DNA of 24,390 nucleotides from an uncultured Flavobacteriales bacterium (GCA_963990215.1 CAXDKI010000001.1:1-24390); one strand, 5' to 3'. Positions 9,680 to 19,640 are shown, numbered from the stretch's first letter. Notes: generated from the letters alone by a model not told the origin. Translations and numbers: made by a program.

Positions 9680-11212
9680 ATGAGCAGAGAGCTGTCAGAA
9701 CAGGAAATTGTTAGGAGAGAATCCTTACAAAAATTGCAAGATCTGGGCATTGATCCATATCCAGCGGAACTTTTTGAAGTGAATGTTACCTCTAAAGGAA
9801 TCAAGAAAAATTATGAAGTGCGCAAGCTAGATTACAAGAACATCAGCATTGCAGGTCGCTTGATGAGCAGACGAGTCATGGGTAAAGCGGCCTTTGCTGA
9901 ACTACAAGACAGTACAGGCCGTATTCAACTATACTTCAACAGGGATGAGGTTTGTCCTGGAGAGGATAAAACAATGTACAATATCGTCTTTAAAAAACTA
10001 TTAGACATAGGGGATTTTGTAGGAGTTAAAGGCCATGTATTCACTACGAAAGTAGGAGAGATTTCTATTCATGTGGAAGAATTTAAACTATTAACGAAAA
10101 CACTTCGCCCATTACCTCTACCGAAGATAGATACCTATGGAAATGTGCATGATGCCTTTACGGATCCTGAAAAAAGATACCGTCAGCGCTATGTGGACTT
10201 GGTGGTAAACCCACAAGTGAAAGACGCTTTTGTAAAGCGTACCAAGTTGACGAATTCCATGAGAGACTACTTGAATGGAAAAGGATATTTGGAGGTAGAA
10301 ACACCAATTTTACAACCTATTTATGGTGGAGCAGCAGCTCGTCCGTTTAAAACACACCACAATACTCTGGATATGCCGCTTTACTTGCGTATTGCGAATG
10401 AACTTTATCTAAAACGCTTAATTGTGGGTGGTTTTGATGGTGTGTATGAGTTTTCGAAAGATTTCCGTAACGAAGGAATGAGCCGTTTTCATAACCCAGA
10501 ATTTACACAAGTAGAGTTGTATGTAGCCTATAAAGATTACGAATGGATGATGGATTTGGTAGAGGAGATGGTAGAAAAAATCGCTGTGGACCTACATGGA
10601 ACCACAGAAGTGCAAGTGGGCGGAAACGTTATCAATTTTCAAAGACCATGGAGGCGCTTTACTATGTATGAAGCTATAGAGCATTTTACAGGAATTGACA
10701 TCTCAAAAATGGATGAAACAGAAATAGCCGATACAGCTAAAAAAATAGGTGTTGAGGTTGATAAAAGCATGGGTCGAGGTAAACTTATTGATGAAATTTT
10801 TGGAGAAAAATGTGAAGAACAATTGATTCAGCCAACATTTATAACAGACTATCCAGTGGAAATGTCTCCACTAGCGAAAAAACACAGAGAGCACGAAGGA
10901 TTGGCAGAGCGTTTTGAAGCCATCTGTAATGGAAAAGAAATTTGTAATGCCTTCTCTGAGCTGAACGATCCAATTGACCAAAGGACTCGTTTTGAAGAGC
11001 AGTTGGAGTTAGGAAAAAGAGGGGATGAAGAGGCAATGGTGCTAGATGAAGATTTTCTTAGAGCCATTGAATACGGCATGCCGCCAACAGCAGGCTTGGG
11101 TATCGGGATTGACCGTTTAAGCATGATTATGACCAACAGCAACTCTATCCAAGAAGTGTTGTTCTTTCCACAAATGAAACCGGAAAATAAGGTTCCACAA
11201 GAGGAGGTATAA
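9680..11212 (+). CDS. lysS: Lysine--tRNA ligase (class II); start moved to the ATG at 9680 (MSRELSEQE)
   Basis: [76 protein letters not shown]. Confidence 0.96.
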   Translation: MSRELSEQEIVRRESLQKLQDLGIDPYPAELFEVNVTSKGIKKNYEVRKLDYKNISIAGRLMSRRVMGKAAFAELQDSTGRIQLYFNRDEVCPGEDKTMYNIVFKKLLDIGDFVGVKGHVFTTKVGEISIHVEEFKLLTKTLRPLPLPKIDTYGNVHDAFTDPEKRYRQRYVDLVVNPQVKDAFVKRTKLTNSMRDYLNGKGYLEVETPILQPIYGGAAARPFKTHHNTLDMPLYLRIANELYLKRLIVGGFDGVYEFSKDFRNEGMSRFHNPEFTQVELYVAYKDYEWMMDLVEEMVEKIAVDLHGTTEVQVGGNVINFQRPWRRFTMYEAIEHFTGIDISKMDETEIADTAKKIGVEVDKSMGRGKLIDEIFGEKCEEQLIQPTFITDYPVEMSPLAKKHREHEGLAERFEAICNGKEICNAFSELNDPIDQRTRFEEQLELGKRGDEEAMVLDEDFLRAIEYGMPPTAGLGIGIDRLSMIMTNSNSIQEVLFFPQMKPENKVPQEEV

Positions 11213-11214
11213 TT

Positions 11215-12210
11215 TTGATTCAGCCACAAAAAATAGCAGTTATTGGAGGGGGTAGTTGGGCAACAGCTATCGTAAAAATGCTTTGTGAGAATGTGGATAA
11301 CTTAGGTTGGTGGATGCGCAACAAAGAAGCTATTGCACACATCCAAAAATACGGACATAACCCTAACTACATCAGTTCGGCTGAGCTGAAAAAAGAAAAG
11401 CTAAATATCAGTAACGACTTAAACACCATTGTGTCGGACGCTGATTGTTTGGTACTAGCTGTTCCTTCTGCCTTTTTAAAAGAAGCTTTAGCACAGCTTC
11501 ATATTGACATTAAGGACAAGTTCATCATATCGGCTATTAAAGGTATTGTGCCAGAAAACAACACCATTATTGGTGATTTTTTCCATAACCAATACCAAAT
11601 TCCATACAGCAATATCGGGGTTGTTACAGGTCCTTGCCACGCTGAAGAGGTAGCTTTAGAACGTCTTTCTTACCTAACAGTTGCTTGCGAAGATGTAGAG
11701 AAAGCACAGTGGTTTGCGCAGCAAATAGCTTGTCGTTACATCAAAACCAATGTGTCGGAAGATATTTTTGGAACGGAGATAGCAGCTGTACTGAAAAACG
11801 TGATTGCGATTGCTTCGGGAGTTTGCCATAGCTTAGGTTATGGCGATAATTACCAAGCAGTATTGGTTTCTAATGCTATTCGAGAAATTAAGCGATTTGT
11901 AGATGTAATACACCCCATTAAAAGAGACATCAAAGAATCGGCTTATTTGGGCGATTTATTGGTAACCGCCTATTCGCAGTTTAGTCGTAACAGAACCTTT
12001 GGAAGTATGATCGGGAAAGGCTATTCTGTACGCTCTGCTCAATTGGAAATGAACATGGTGGCAGAAGGTTATTATGCAGTAAAATGTATCAAAGAAATCA
12101 ATGAAAAGCATGGGGTGAGTATGCCAATAACGGATGCGGTGTACCATATTTTATATGAAAAGATTTCACCAGTCATTGAGATGCGCTTACTAAGTGATCA
12201 GCTCAACTAA
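11215..12210 (+). CDS. gpsA: NAD(P)H-dependent glycerol-3-phosphate dehydrogenase (TTG start)
   Basis: GGGSWATA Rossmann motif, GPCHAEEVA, LKNVIAIASG, GDLLVTAYSQFSRNR, VAEG. Confidence 0.93.
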   Translation: MIQPQKIAVIGGGSWATAIVKMLCENVDNLGWWMRNKEAIAHIQKYGHNPNYISSAELKKEKLNISNDLNTIVSDADCLVLAVPSAFLKEALAQLHIDIKDKFIISAIKGIVPENNTIIGDFFHNQYQIPYSNIGVVTGPCHAEEVALERLSYLTVACEDVEKAQWFAQQIACRYIKTNVSEDIFGTEIAAVLKNVIAIASGVCHSLGYGDNYQAVLVSNAIREIKRFVDVIHPIKRDIKESAYLGDLLVTAYSQFSRNRTFGSMIGKGYSVRSAQLEMNMVAEGYYAVKCIKEINEKHGVSMPITDAVYHILYEKISPVIEMRLLSDQLN

Positions 12211-12220
12211 TCGAACAGCT

Positions 12221-14005
12221 TTAATTACGGAGAAGCTTCGCCCTTTCCTTGCCCACCAATTTAATCAATTCTTTTTCATCTGCCTCCAACACACGTTTTA
12301 TCGAGCCAAAATGCACAATGAGTTTTTGAATGGTTTTAGGGCCAATACCAGGGATGTTATCCAAAGAAGTGTGTAGGGCATCCTTACTTCTTTGGTTGCG
12401 GTGGTGATTAATACCAAAACGGTGCGCTTCGTTACGAGCCTGTTGTATAACCTTTAAAGTTTCGGAGCGCTTATCTAAATACAAAGGAATGTTATCTTCA
12501 GGAAAGTAGATTTTCTCCAGCTTTTTAGCAATCCCAATAATAGCTATTTGCCCCGTCAACTCCAGCCGCTCCAAGCTCTTTACTGCCGAGCTGAGTTGTC
12601 CTTTTCCTCCATCAACAATAATGAGTTGAGGGAGGTCTTTCCCTTCTTGCACCAGTCGGTTATATCTGCGATACACCACCTCTTCCATAGAAGCAAAATC
12701 ATCAGGGCCATCCACTGTTTTAATATTGAAATGGCGGTATTCCTTTTTGCTGGGCTTCCCGTTTTTAAACACCACACAGGCCGCGACAGGATTACTTCCT
12801 TGTATGTTGGAATTATCAAAACACTCAATATGTGTGGGTTTGGCTTTCAGGTGCAGATCGCTTTGCATCTGCTCCATCAAGCGTTTGTTGCGTTGTCGGC
12901 TTTTGTTTTTTTCATTTCTACGCAAACGCTCCATTTGCAAGTGTTTGGCATTGCGGTAAGAGAGCGCTACCAATTTGCGGTTATCTCCAATTTTAGGAAT
13001 GCTTATTTTTAAGTTTTCCCAAACGCTAGAGATGGGGATGGAAGTGTAACATTCTTTGGAAGTGCTTTGAAATCGATGACGCAATTCGGTTATGGCCATT
13101 ATCAATAATTCCTCATCGCTCTCAGCTAACTTTTTTTTCAGCTCTACAGAGTGCGATTGAATAATGGCACCACTCGCCACTTTAAAAAAGTTCACATAAG
13201 CGTATTGCTCATCCGACACAATACTGAACACATCTACATCGTTTATTTTAGGGTTTACAATGGTAGATTTTGCTTGGTAGTTTTCCAGCAATTCTATTTT
13301 TTCTTTCACCATTTGGGCCTGCTCAAAAACCATCTCTTGCGCAAATTTTTGCATTAAAACCTGTAAGTGCTTTATAACAGAGCGAATATCTCCTTTTAAG
13401 ATTTGTCGAATGTGTTGTATACCTTCCTGGTAGTCTTCTTCAGTTTGTAAATTCACACATGGTGCTTTACAGTTTCCAATGTGGTATTCCAAACAAACTT
13501 TAAACTTTTCTTTTTGGATGTTTTCCTCGTTTAACACATAATTACATGTGCGCAACGGATACAATTGCTTGGCAAATTCTAAGAGCGTTTTTACCAAACG
13601 CATAGAGGTGTAGGGGCCAAAATAATCAGAACCGTCTTTGAGTAATTTGCGTGTAGAAAACACTCTTGGAAATGGTTCGTTCTTGATGCAAATCCAAGGA
13701 TAGGTTTTGTCATCTTTCAGCATCACATTGTATCGAGGCTGATGTTTTTTTATCAAGCTATTTTCGAGCAAAAGCGCATCCATTTCGGAAGCTACTACGA
13801 TGGTTTGTATATCAGAAATTTTACCTACCAATACACGAGTTTTTGCATGTTTGTGTTTTTTATTGAAGTAGGACGAGATACGCTTTTTAAGGTTTTTAGC
13901 CTTGCCTACATACAACAACTTTCCTTCCTTATCGTAGTACTGATATACCCCCGCATCTTTTGGGAGATTTTGCAGTTGCTCGTGTATGTATTCTGAAGGT
14001 ATCAT
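12221..14005 (-). CDS. uvrC: Excinuclease ABC subunit C; start moved to the ATG at 14005 (MIPSEYI)
   Basis: GIY-YIG GVYQYY...YVGKAKNLKKR, IECFDNSN, GPDDFASM, VDGGKGQL, RNEAHRFGI, HhH GIGPKT. Confidence 0.95.
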   Translation of the reverse strand: MIPSEYIHEQLQNLPKDAGVYQYYDKEGKLLYVGKAKNLKKRISSYFNKKHKHAKTRVLVGKISDIQTIVVASEMDALLLENSLIKKHQPRYNVMLKDDKTYPWICIKNEPFPRVFSTRKLLKDGSDYFGPYTSMRLVKTLLEFAKQLYPLRTCNYVLNEENIQKEKFKVCLEYHIGNCKAPCVNLQTEEDYQEGIQHIRQILKGDIRSVIKHLQVLMQKFAQEMVFEQAQMVKEKIELLENYQAKSTIVNPKINDVDVFSIVSDEQYAYVNFFKVASGAIIQSHSVELKKKLAESDEELLIMAITELRHRFQSTSKECYTSIPISSVWENLKISIPKIGDNRKLVALSYRNAKHLQMERLRRNEKNKSRQRNKRLMEQMQSDLHLKAKPTHIECFDNSNIQGSNPVAACVVFKNGKPSKKEYRHFNIKTVDGPDDFASMEEVVYRRYNRLVQEGKDLPQLIIVDGGKGQLSSAVKSLERLELTGQIAIIGIAKKLEKIYFPEDNIPLYLDKRSETLKVIQQARNEAHRFGINHHRNQRSKDALHTSLDNIPGIGPKTIQKLIVHFGSIKRVLEADEKELIKLVGKERAKLLRN

Positions 14006-14304
14006 ATATGACCCCCAAGTACGCAAGTTTTTTTGGTTTTCACAATTTTCCCACCATCGTTAATAGCTTCCAGGTAAATAATATATTGAGCTATAGTAGC
14101 AGCCTTACGATGATCACCATTAATACTGTTACAGAAAAAATTGTTATTAGCTACAGCTTGAGCGTTCAAATGAAGGTTTTGAGAAGAATCCAGTTCAAAC
14201 AAAGCGGCATCTACATACCAGTTTTCTATGCTAGAAGAGAAATCATCAATCCATTGATCCGTGCTCCATAATGCAGAAAGGATTATCAAATGAAGTCGTT
14301 TCAT
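14002..14304 (-). pseudogene. 100-aa internally deleted relic of a large secreted (lamin-tail/T9SS-cargo type) protein, N-terminus fused to C-terminus
   Basis: Signal-like start plus QWIDDFS..W..D..LFELDSSQNLHLNA, joined in frame to D.RKA..I.QYIIYLEA...GKIVKTKKTCVLGG. ATGA overlap with uvrC. Family recognised from memory of motifs, not from a search. Confidence 0.6.
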
Positions 14305-14310
14305 GAACTA

Positions 14311-14318
14311 TAAATATA
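14311..14318 (-). promoter_or_regulatory. Variant -7 element TATATTTA for the relic-uvrC transcript
   Basis: One mismatch to TAnnTTTG, 6 nt before the ATG at 14304. Confidence 0.35.
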
Positions 14319-14320
14319 CT

Positions 14321-14328
14321 TATTTTTG
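14321..14328 (+). promoter_or_regulatory. -7 promoter element TATTTTTG, 5 nt before the asd ATG
   Basis: TATTTTTG-CATAT-ATG. Confidence 0.65.
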
Positions 14329-14333
14329 CATAT

Positions 14334-15317
14334 ATGAAAGTAGCAGTTATAGGCGCTACCGGTATGGTAGGAAGTGTAATGCTTCAGGTTTTGGAGGAGC
14401 GAAAGTTCCCAATAACGGAACTGATTCCTGTGGCCTCGGAGCGCTCTATAGGAAAGAAAGTGCGCTTTCAGTCAAATGAATTTTCTGTACTTTCTATGGA
14501 AGAGGCACTTATTAAAAAGCCAACCCTTGCCATCTTTTCAGCAGGAGGAGAAACCTCTTTAGAGTGGGCTCCCAAGTTTACAGAAGTAGGCGCCACCGTA
14601 GTTGATAATTCATCTGCTTGGCGACTTTCTCACGCTTTGGTTGTCCCCGAAATTAATGGAGACACCCTAACAACAGCGGATAAAATTATTGCCAATCCAA
14701 ACTGCTCCACTATCCAATTGGTAATGGCTTTAAAGCCGCTACATGATGCGCTTCAAATTAAGCGAGTAATTGTTTCTACCTATCAATCCATTACAGGAAC
14801 AGGAATGAAGGCGGTGCAGCAGTTAGAAAACGAAATTACAGGCGTAGATGGGGAATGTGCTTACCCACACCCTATTCATGAAAACGCACTACCACATTGT
14901 GATGTGTTTGAAGAAAACGGATACACTAAAGAAGAGATGAAATTAAGCAGAGAAACCAAAAAGATTTTAGATGATGACTCGGTTTTGGTAAGTGCGACAG
15001 CGGTGCGCGTTCCTGTAAAAGGAGGACACTCTGAAAGTGTAAATATAGAGTTTGTTAAACCATTTGAGTTAAGCCAGGTTCGTCAGTTGCTGACGGAGGC
15101 AAAAGGAGTAGTATTGCAAGATGATCCTGCTCAAAACAATTATCCGATGCCTATTATGGCCGCTAATAAAGACGAGGTTTTTGTAGGAAGAATCCGTAGA
15201 GATTTCACACAAGAAAACACTTTAAATATGTGGGTTGTATCTGACAATCTTCGCAAAGGTGCAGCCACCAACGCTGTGCAAATAGCTGAAAAGCTTATCA
15301 AAAAAGGGCTTATTTAA
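14334..15317 (+). CDS. asd: Aspartate-semialdehyde dehydrogenase
   Basis: AVIGATGMVG, FSAGG, DNSSAWR, ANPNCSTIQ, STYQSITGTG, VRVPVKGGHSE, DNLRKGAATNAVQIAE. Confidence 0.96.
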   Translation: MKVAVIGATGMVGSVMLQVLEERKFPITELIPVASERSIGKKVRFQSNEFSVLSMEEALIKKPTLAIFSAGGETSLEWAPKFTEVGATVVDNSSAWRLSHALVVPEINGDTLTTADKIIANPNCSTIQLVMALKPLHDALQIKRVIVSTYQSITGTGMKAVQQLENEITGVDGECAYPHPIHENALPHCDVFEENGYTKEEMKLSRETKKILDDDSVLVSATAVRVPVKGGHSESVNIEFVKPFELSQVRQLLTEAKGVVLQDDPAQNNYPMPIMAANKDEVFVGRIRRDFTQENTLNMWVVSDNLRKGAATNAVQIAEKLIKKGLI

Positions 15318-15891
15318 AAAAGCCTCTATGAAAGAGTAGGATGTTGATAACTCCCACACTGATAGCGGCATCTGCAATGTTAAATACAGGGCGGAAAAAG
15401 ATGAAGTGATTGCCACCCCAAATAGGTAGCCAGTCAGGAAAATGACTGTTAATGAGTGGAAAATAAAACATATCGACTACATGGCCCTGCAAAATCCCAG
15501 CATAACCACCCTCCATTAAAGTTGCGATTTGTCCGTAACTATGACTAAAAATCATTCCATAGAATGCGCTATCAATCATGTTTCCGATAGCTCCCGCTAA
15601 AATAAGCGTAACACTCATTACCACCCCTTTCTTAGCGTTTTCTTTTACTAATGTGTTTAGGTACCAAGCGATTCCGCCAATAGCAATGATTCGAAAAACG
15701 CTTAGCAAATACTTCCCCCACTCACCACCAAACTCCATGCCAAAAGCCATGCCTTTGTTTTCTGTAAAGTGGATAATGAACCAGTCGAACACACGAATTT
15801 CCTCTCCAATAATCATATTGGATTTAATCCAAAATTTCAATGCCTGGTCAAGCATTAAAACGCCAATAATAAGCGTAGTTGGTTTTTTCAA
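15310..15891 (-). CDS. lspA: Lipoprotein signal peptidase II (TTG start)
   Basis: LDQALK, ENKGMAFG, AGAIGNMIDS, GHVVDM, PVFNIADAAI. 8-bp convergent overlap with asd. Confidence 0.93.
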   Translation of the reverse strand: MKKPTTLIIGVLMLDQALKFWIKSNMIIGEEIRVFDWFIIHFTENKGMAFGMEFGGEWGKYLLSVFRIIAIGGIAWYLNTLVKENAKKGVVMSVTLILAGAIGNMIDSAFYGMIFSHSYGQIATLMEGGYAGILQGHVVDMFYFPLINSHFPDWLPIWGGNHFIFFRPVFNIADAAISVGVINILLFHRGFFK

Positions 15892-15898
15892 AACGAAA

Positions 15899-16276
15899 TT
15901 ATTGAGCGCGTTTTGCTTCGATGCTTAAAGTAGCGTGTGGGACCAATAATAAACGCTCTTTTTGAATTAGTTTTCCTGTCGCTCTACAAATGCCATAAGT
16001 TTTATTTTCAATCCTTTTTAAAGCATTGTGTAGGTTGTGCAAAAACTTTTCTTGACGAGCGGCAAGCAAAGCGTTATCTTCTTTAGAAAGTGTTGAAGAT
16101 CCTTCTTCAAAACCTTTAAAGGTAGGAGAGGTGTCATCAGTTCCGTTGGTAGCGTCATTGGTATATGCACTTTTAATCAACTCCAAGTCATTTTCTGCTT
16201 TCTCAATTTTTTTAAGGATTACAGTCTGAAATTCTGCCAACTCTTTATCTGAATATCGTGTTTTATCGTCTGCCAT
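15899..16276 (-). CDS. TraR/DksA family transcriptional regulator (Bacteroidota type)
   Basis: Coiled coil followed by ALKRIENKTYGICRATGKLIQKERLLLVPHATLSIEAK; lies between ileS and lspA. Confidence 0.88.
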   Translation of the reverse strand: MADDKTRYSDKELAEFQTVILKKIEKAENDLELIKSAYTNDATNGTDDTSPTFKGFEEGSSTLSKEDNALLAARQEKFLHNLHNALKRIENKTYGICRATGKLIQKERLLLVPHATLSIEAKRAQ

Positions 16277-16280
16277 TATC

Positions 16281-19200
16281 TTAGTATTTTCGGTTAATGC
16301 TTACAGAGGCGCTGACCCCTTCAACTAACTCTATCTCTAACGCATTTACAATCCTATCATCACTAATACGCAGATTATCAGTTAAGGTTTCCGAACAAAT
16401 ATAATTTAAATTATGACTAATTGCCGCAGTTAGTTTTTCTCCTGCAGTAAGCGTAATATCAATACGATCAGTCACCTCTAATCCGCTGTCTTTTCTTAGG
16501 TTTTGAATACGGTTAACAAATTCTCTCGCTAATCCTTCTTCAGCTAATTCGGCTGTTATATTGATGTCGAGCGCAACAGTATTTCCGTTTAAGGAAGTAA
16601 CCGTCCAGCCAGGAATATCTTCCGAACTAACCTCTACATCTACTAGCTCTAGGCCGATTGTTTCATCGCCAATATTAAGCGAGAAGTTTCCTTCCGTTTC
16701 AATTCTGTTGATATCATCCGCAGTGAACTGAGCCACAGCGCTAGCAATTGCCTTCATTCGGCTACCGTACTTCGGCCCTAAGGTTTTGAAGTTTGGTTTG
16801 ACCTTTTTCACCAAAACTCCAGAATCTTCTGTCATAAACTCCAACTCCTTTACATTGACCTCTGCCAAAATCAAATTTTTGACGGCTTCTATCTGCGTTT
16901 TCAACTTATTGTTTAAGACAGGAATCATTATTTTTTGAAGCGGCTGACGAACTCTGATGCGTTCCTTTTTTCGCAAGGAAAAAACCATAGATGTTATATC
17001 TTGTGCCAAACGCATGCGCTCTTCCAAATCGGTGTCAATAGCTGATTTATCAGCAATAGGCAGGGACGCTAAATGAACTGATTCAGCAGTGTTTTTGTTG
17101 GTTGTTTTGTTCAAGTCTTGGAACAATCTATCCATAAAGAAAGGTGCAATAGGCGCACTTAGCACAGCAACTGTTTCTAAGCATGTGTAAAGTGTTTGGT
17201 AAGCCGAAATCTTATCTTGCCCATAATCGCCTTTCCAAAATCTTCTTCTGCAAAGACGAACATACCAGTTGCTTAAATTATCATTAACAAAATCTTGGAT
17301 AGCACGGGCTGATTTTGTTGGCTCGTAGTCGTTTAAAGAATTTGTCACCACTTCAATCATACTATTTAATTCAGAAAGAATCCAACGATCAATTTCTATT
17401 CTTTCGTTAAGCGGCATATCCTCTTCTTCATAAGCAAACCCATCTATATTCGCATATAGCGCAAAGAATGCGTATGTGTTGTAAAGTGTTCCAAAGAATT
17501 TTCTGCGTATCTCATCGATTCCTTCTAAATCGAACTTAAGATTTTCCCAAGGCTGTGCATTAGAAATCATATACCAACGCGTAGCATCAGGCCCATATTT
17601 ATCTAAGGTGGTGAATGGGTCAATAGCGTTTCCTAATCGTTTCGACATTTTGTTTCCATTCTTATCTAACACTAGTCCGTTTGAGACAACATTCTTGAAC
17701 GCTACACTGTCAAATAAAATGGAGGCGATAGCGTGTAGCGTAAAAAACCACCCTCTCGTTTGGTCTACTCCTTCCGCTATAAAATCGGCTGGATAACAAG
17801 TTTCAAATAACTCTTTGTTTTCAAATGGATAATGCAGTTGTGCGTAAGGCATAGAGCCTGAGTCGAACCACACATCAATTAAGTCACTTTCGCGTTTCAT
17901 AGCTTTTCCTGAAGCAGAAACCAAAACGATATCATCTACATACGGACGGTGCAGGTCGAATGTATCATAATTTTCGGCAGTCATATCTCCAGGCACAAAA
18001 TCAGCTAATGGATTGCTGCTCATTAGTCTTGCAGAAACTGCTTTATCAATCTCATGTTTCAACTGTTCTACAGACCCTATACAGATTTGCTCGCTGTAGT
18101 CTTTTGTAGCCCAAATAGGCAGTGGGATACCCCAAAAACGAGAGCGGGAAAGATTCCAGTCTACCAAGTTTTTTAGCCAATTTCCAAAACGCCCCTCTCC
18201 AGTAGAATTTGGCTTCCAATTGATGGTTTTGTTCAGCTCTACCATTCGATCTTTTGCAGCGGTAGTCTTCACAAACCAACTTTCTAATGGGTAGTAAAGA
18301 ATTGGTTTGTCAGTTCTCCAACAATGTGGGTAAGAGTGTTCGTACTTCTCTGCCTTGAAACAAAGGTTGCTTTCTTTCAGTTTGATAACGATTTGCACAT
18401 CTACAGGAATTTCTGGCTTGTCATCTTCTTCTGTATAGTATTCATCTTTCACATACATGCCAGCAAAATCGCTAACAGCGCTTACAAATTTTCCCTGTGT
18501 ATCTACTAAGGTCAAAGAGCCAATTCCGTTCTGCTTAGCCACCCTGTTGTCATCTGCGCCAAAACTTGGCGCTAAGTGCACAATACCTGTTCCATCTTCA
18601 GTCGTTACAAAATCACCAATCAACACACGGAAAGCATCACCATATTCAGGTTGAGCGTACGGTAACAACTGTTCGTAGTAAACTCCTTCTAACTCACGAC
18701 CCTTGAAGCTTCCAATAACTTCAAATGGAATACTTTTATCGCCAGTGACATAGTCAGTTAATGTTAAATTAGCATTTGTTTCAGAAAAAAACTTAGCAAG
18801 CAAATCTTTTGCTAAAACGACCGTAATCGGTTGATGTGTATATTGGTTGAAAGTTTTAACTTTTACATATTCTATTTTTTCACCAACCGCCAAAGCTGTG
18901 TTTGAAGGTAGTGTCCAGGGCGTGGTGGTCCAAGCAAGAAAGAATAGATCTCCATGAATATTTTCGAAAAGAAAATCAGACTGCTCATTCTTTACCACTT
19001 TGAATTGCGCTACAGCAGTTACATCTTTTACATCTCGGTAACAACCAGGCTGATTTAGCTCATGCGAACTTAATCCCGTTCCTGCCTTTGGTGAGTATGG
19101 TTGGACAGTGTGCCCTTTGTAGAGCATGCCTTTTTCGTTCATTTGACTGAGCAACCACCAAACGCTTTCAATATATTTATTGTCGTAGGTAACATAAGGG

Positions 19201-19640
19201 TTATTCATGTCTACCCAGTAACCCATTTGGTCCGTTAAGTTTTCCCAAACGCTTTTGAATTTCATGACATTTTCTCGACATTTCTGATTGTACTCAGCAA
19301 TAGAAATGTTTTTACCAATATCTTCTTTAGTGATGCCTAATTCTTTCTCTACACTTAGCTCTACAGGTAGTCCGTGCGTATCCCAGCCCGCTTTTCGGTG
19401 TACTTGGAACCCTTGTAGTGTTTTGAAGCGACAAAATATATCTTTGATGGTACGCCCCATAACATGGTGAATACCCGGCATACCATTTGCTGAAGGGGGC
19501 CCCTCATAAAAGGTAAAAGATGGCTTTCCTTCTCTTGTAGAAACACTCTTTTCAAAAGTGTTTTTAACCTTCCACTCTTCCAACACCTCTTGACCAATTT
19601 GCGCTAAGTTCAGCTGCTTATATTCTGGATATTTGTTCAT
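16281..19640 (-). CDS. ileS: Isoleucine--tRNA ligase, type 2 (eukaryote-like)
   Basis: FYEGPPSANGMPGIHH, GWDTHGLPVE, WTTTPWTLPSN, GTGIVHLAP, HSYPHCWR, DWNLSRSRFWG, EGVDQTRGWF, KMSKR. 1119 aa, no C-terminal Zn finger. Confidence 0.97.
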   Translation of the reverse strand: MNKYPEYKQLNLAQIGQEVLEEWKVKNTFEKSVSTREGKPSFTFYEGPPSANGMPGIHHVMGRTIKDIFCRFKTLQGFQVHRKAGWDTHGLPVELSVEKELGITKEDIGKNISIAEYNQKCRENVMKFKSVWENLTDQMGYWVDMNNPYVTYDNKYIESVWWLLSQMNEKGMLYKGHTVQPYSPKAGTGLSSHELNQPGCYRDVKDVTAVAQFKVVKNEQSDFLFENIHGDLFFLAWTTTPWTLPSNTALAVGEKIEYVKVKTFNQYTHQPITVVLAKDLLAKFFSETNANLTLTDYVTGDKSIPFEVIGSFKGRELEGVYYEQLLPYAQPEYGDAFRVLIGDFVTTEDGTGIVHLAPSFGADDNRVAKQNGIGSLTLVDTQGKFVSAVSDFAGMYVKDEYYTEEDDKPEIPVDVQIVIKLKESNLCFKAEKYEHSYPHCWRTDKPILYYPLESWFVKTTAAKDRMVELNKTINWKPNSTGEGRFGNWLKNLVDWNLSRSRFWGIPLPIWATKDYSEQICIGSVEQLKHEIDKAVSARLMSSNPLADFVPGDMTAENYDTFDLHRPYVDDIVLVSASGKAMKRESDLIDVWFDSGSMPYAQLHYPFENKELFETCYPADFIAEGVDQTRGWFFTLHAIASILFDSVAFKNVVSNGLVLDKNGNKMSKRLGNAIDPFTTLDKYGPDATRWYMISNAQPWENLKFDLEGIDEIRRKFFGTLYNTYAFFALYANIDGFAYEEEDMPLNERIEIDRWILSELNSMIEVVTNSLNDYEPTKSARAIQDFVNDNLSNWYVRLCRRRFWKGDYGQDKISAYQTLYTCLETVAVLSAPIAPFFMDRLFQDLNKTTNKNTAESVHLASLPIADKSAIDTDLEERMRLAQDITSMVFSLRKKERIRVRQPLQKIMIPVLNNKLKTQIEAVKNLILAEVNVKELEFMTEDSGVLVKKVKPNFKTLGPKYGSRMKAIASAVAQFTADDINRIETEGNFSLNIGDETIGLELVDVEVSSEDIPGWTVTSLNGNTVALDINITAELAEEGLAREFVNRIQNLRKDSGLEVTDRIDITLTAGEKLTAAISHNLNYICSETLTDNLRISDDRIVNALEIELVEGVSASVSINRKY

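Noticed and set aside
11150-11212. LysRS ends soon after motif 3, without the C-terminal extension I recall in some Bacteroidota
   Set aside because: The catalytic domain is complete and about 510 aa is a normal LysRS length; the comparison cannot be verified here.
14006-14026. ORF-track TTG extension of uvrC
   Set aside because: It overlaps the relic ORF; the ATG at 14005 with an ATGA overlap is the more plausible start.
14166-14295. 10-bp direct repeat TCAAATGAAG at 14166..14175 and 14286..14295
   Set aside because: Both copies encode LHL in the relic's N-terminal half and do not flank the inferred junction; likely chance.
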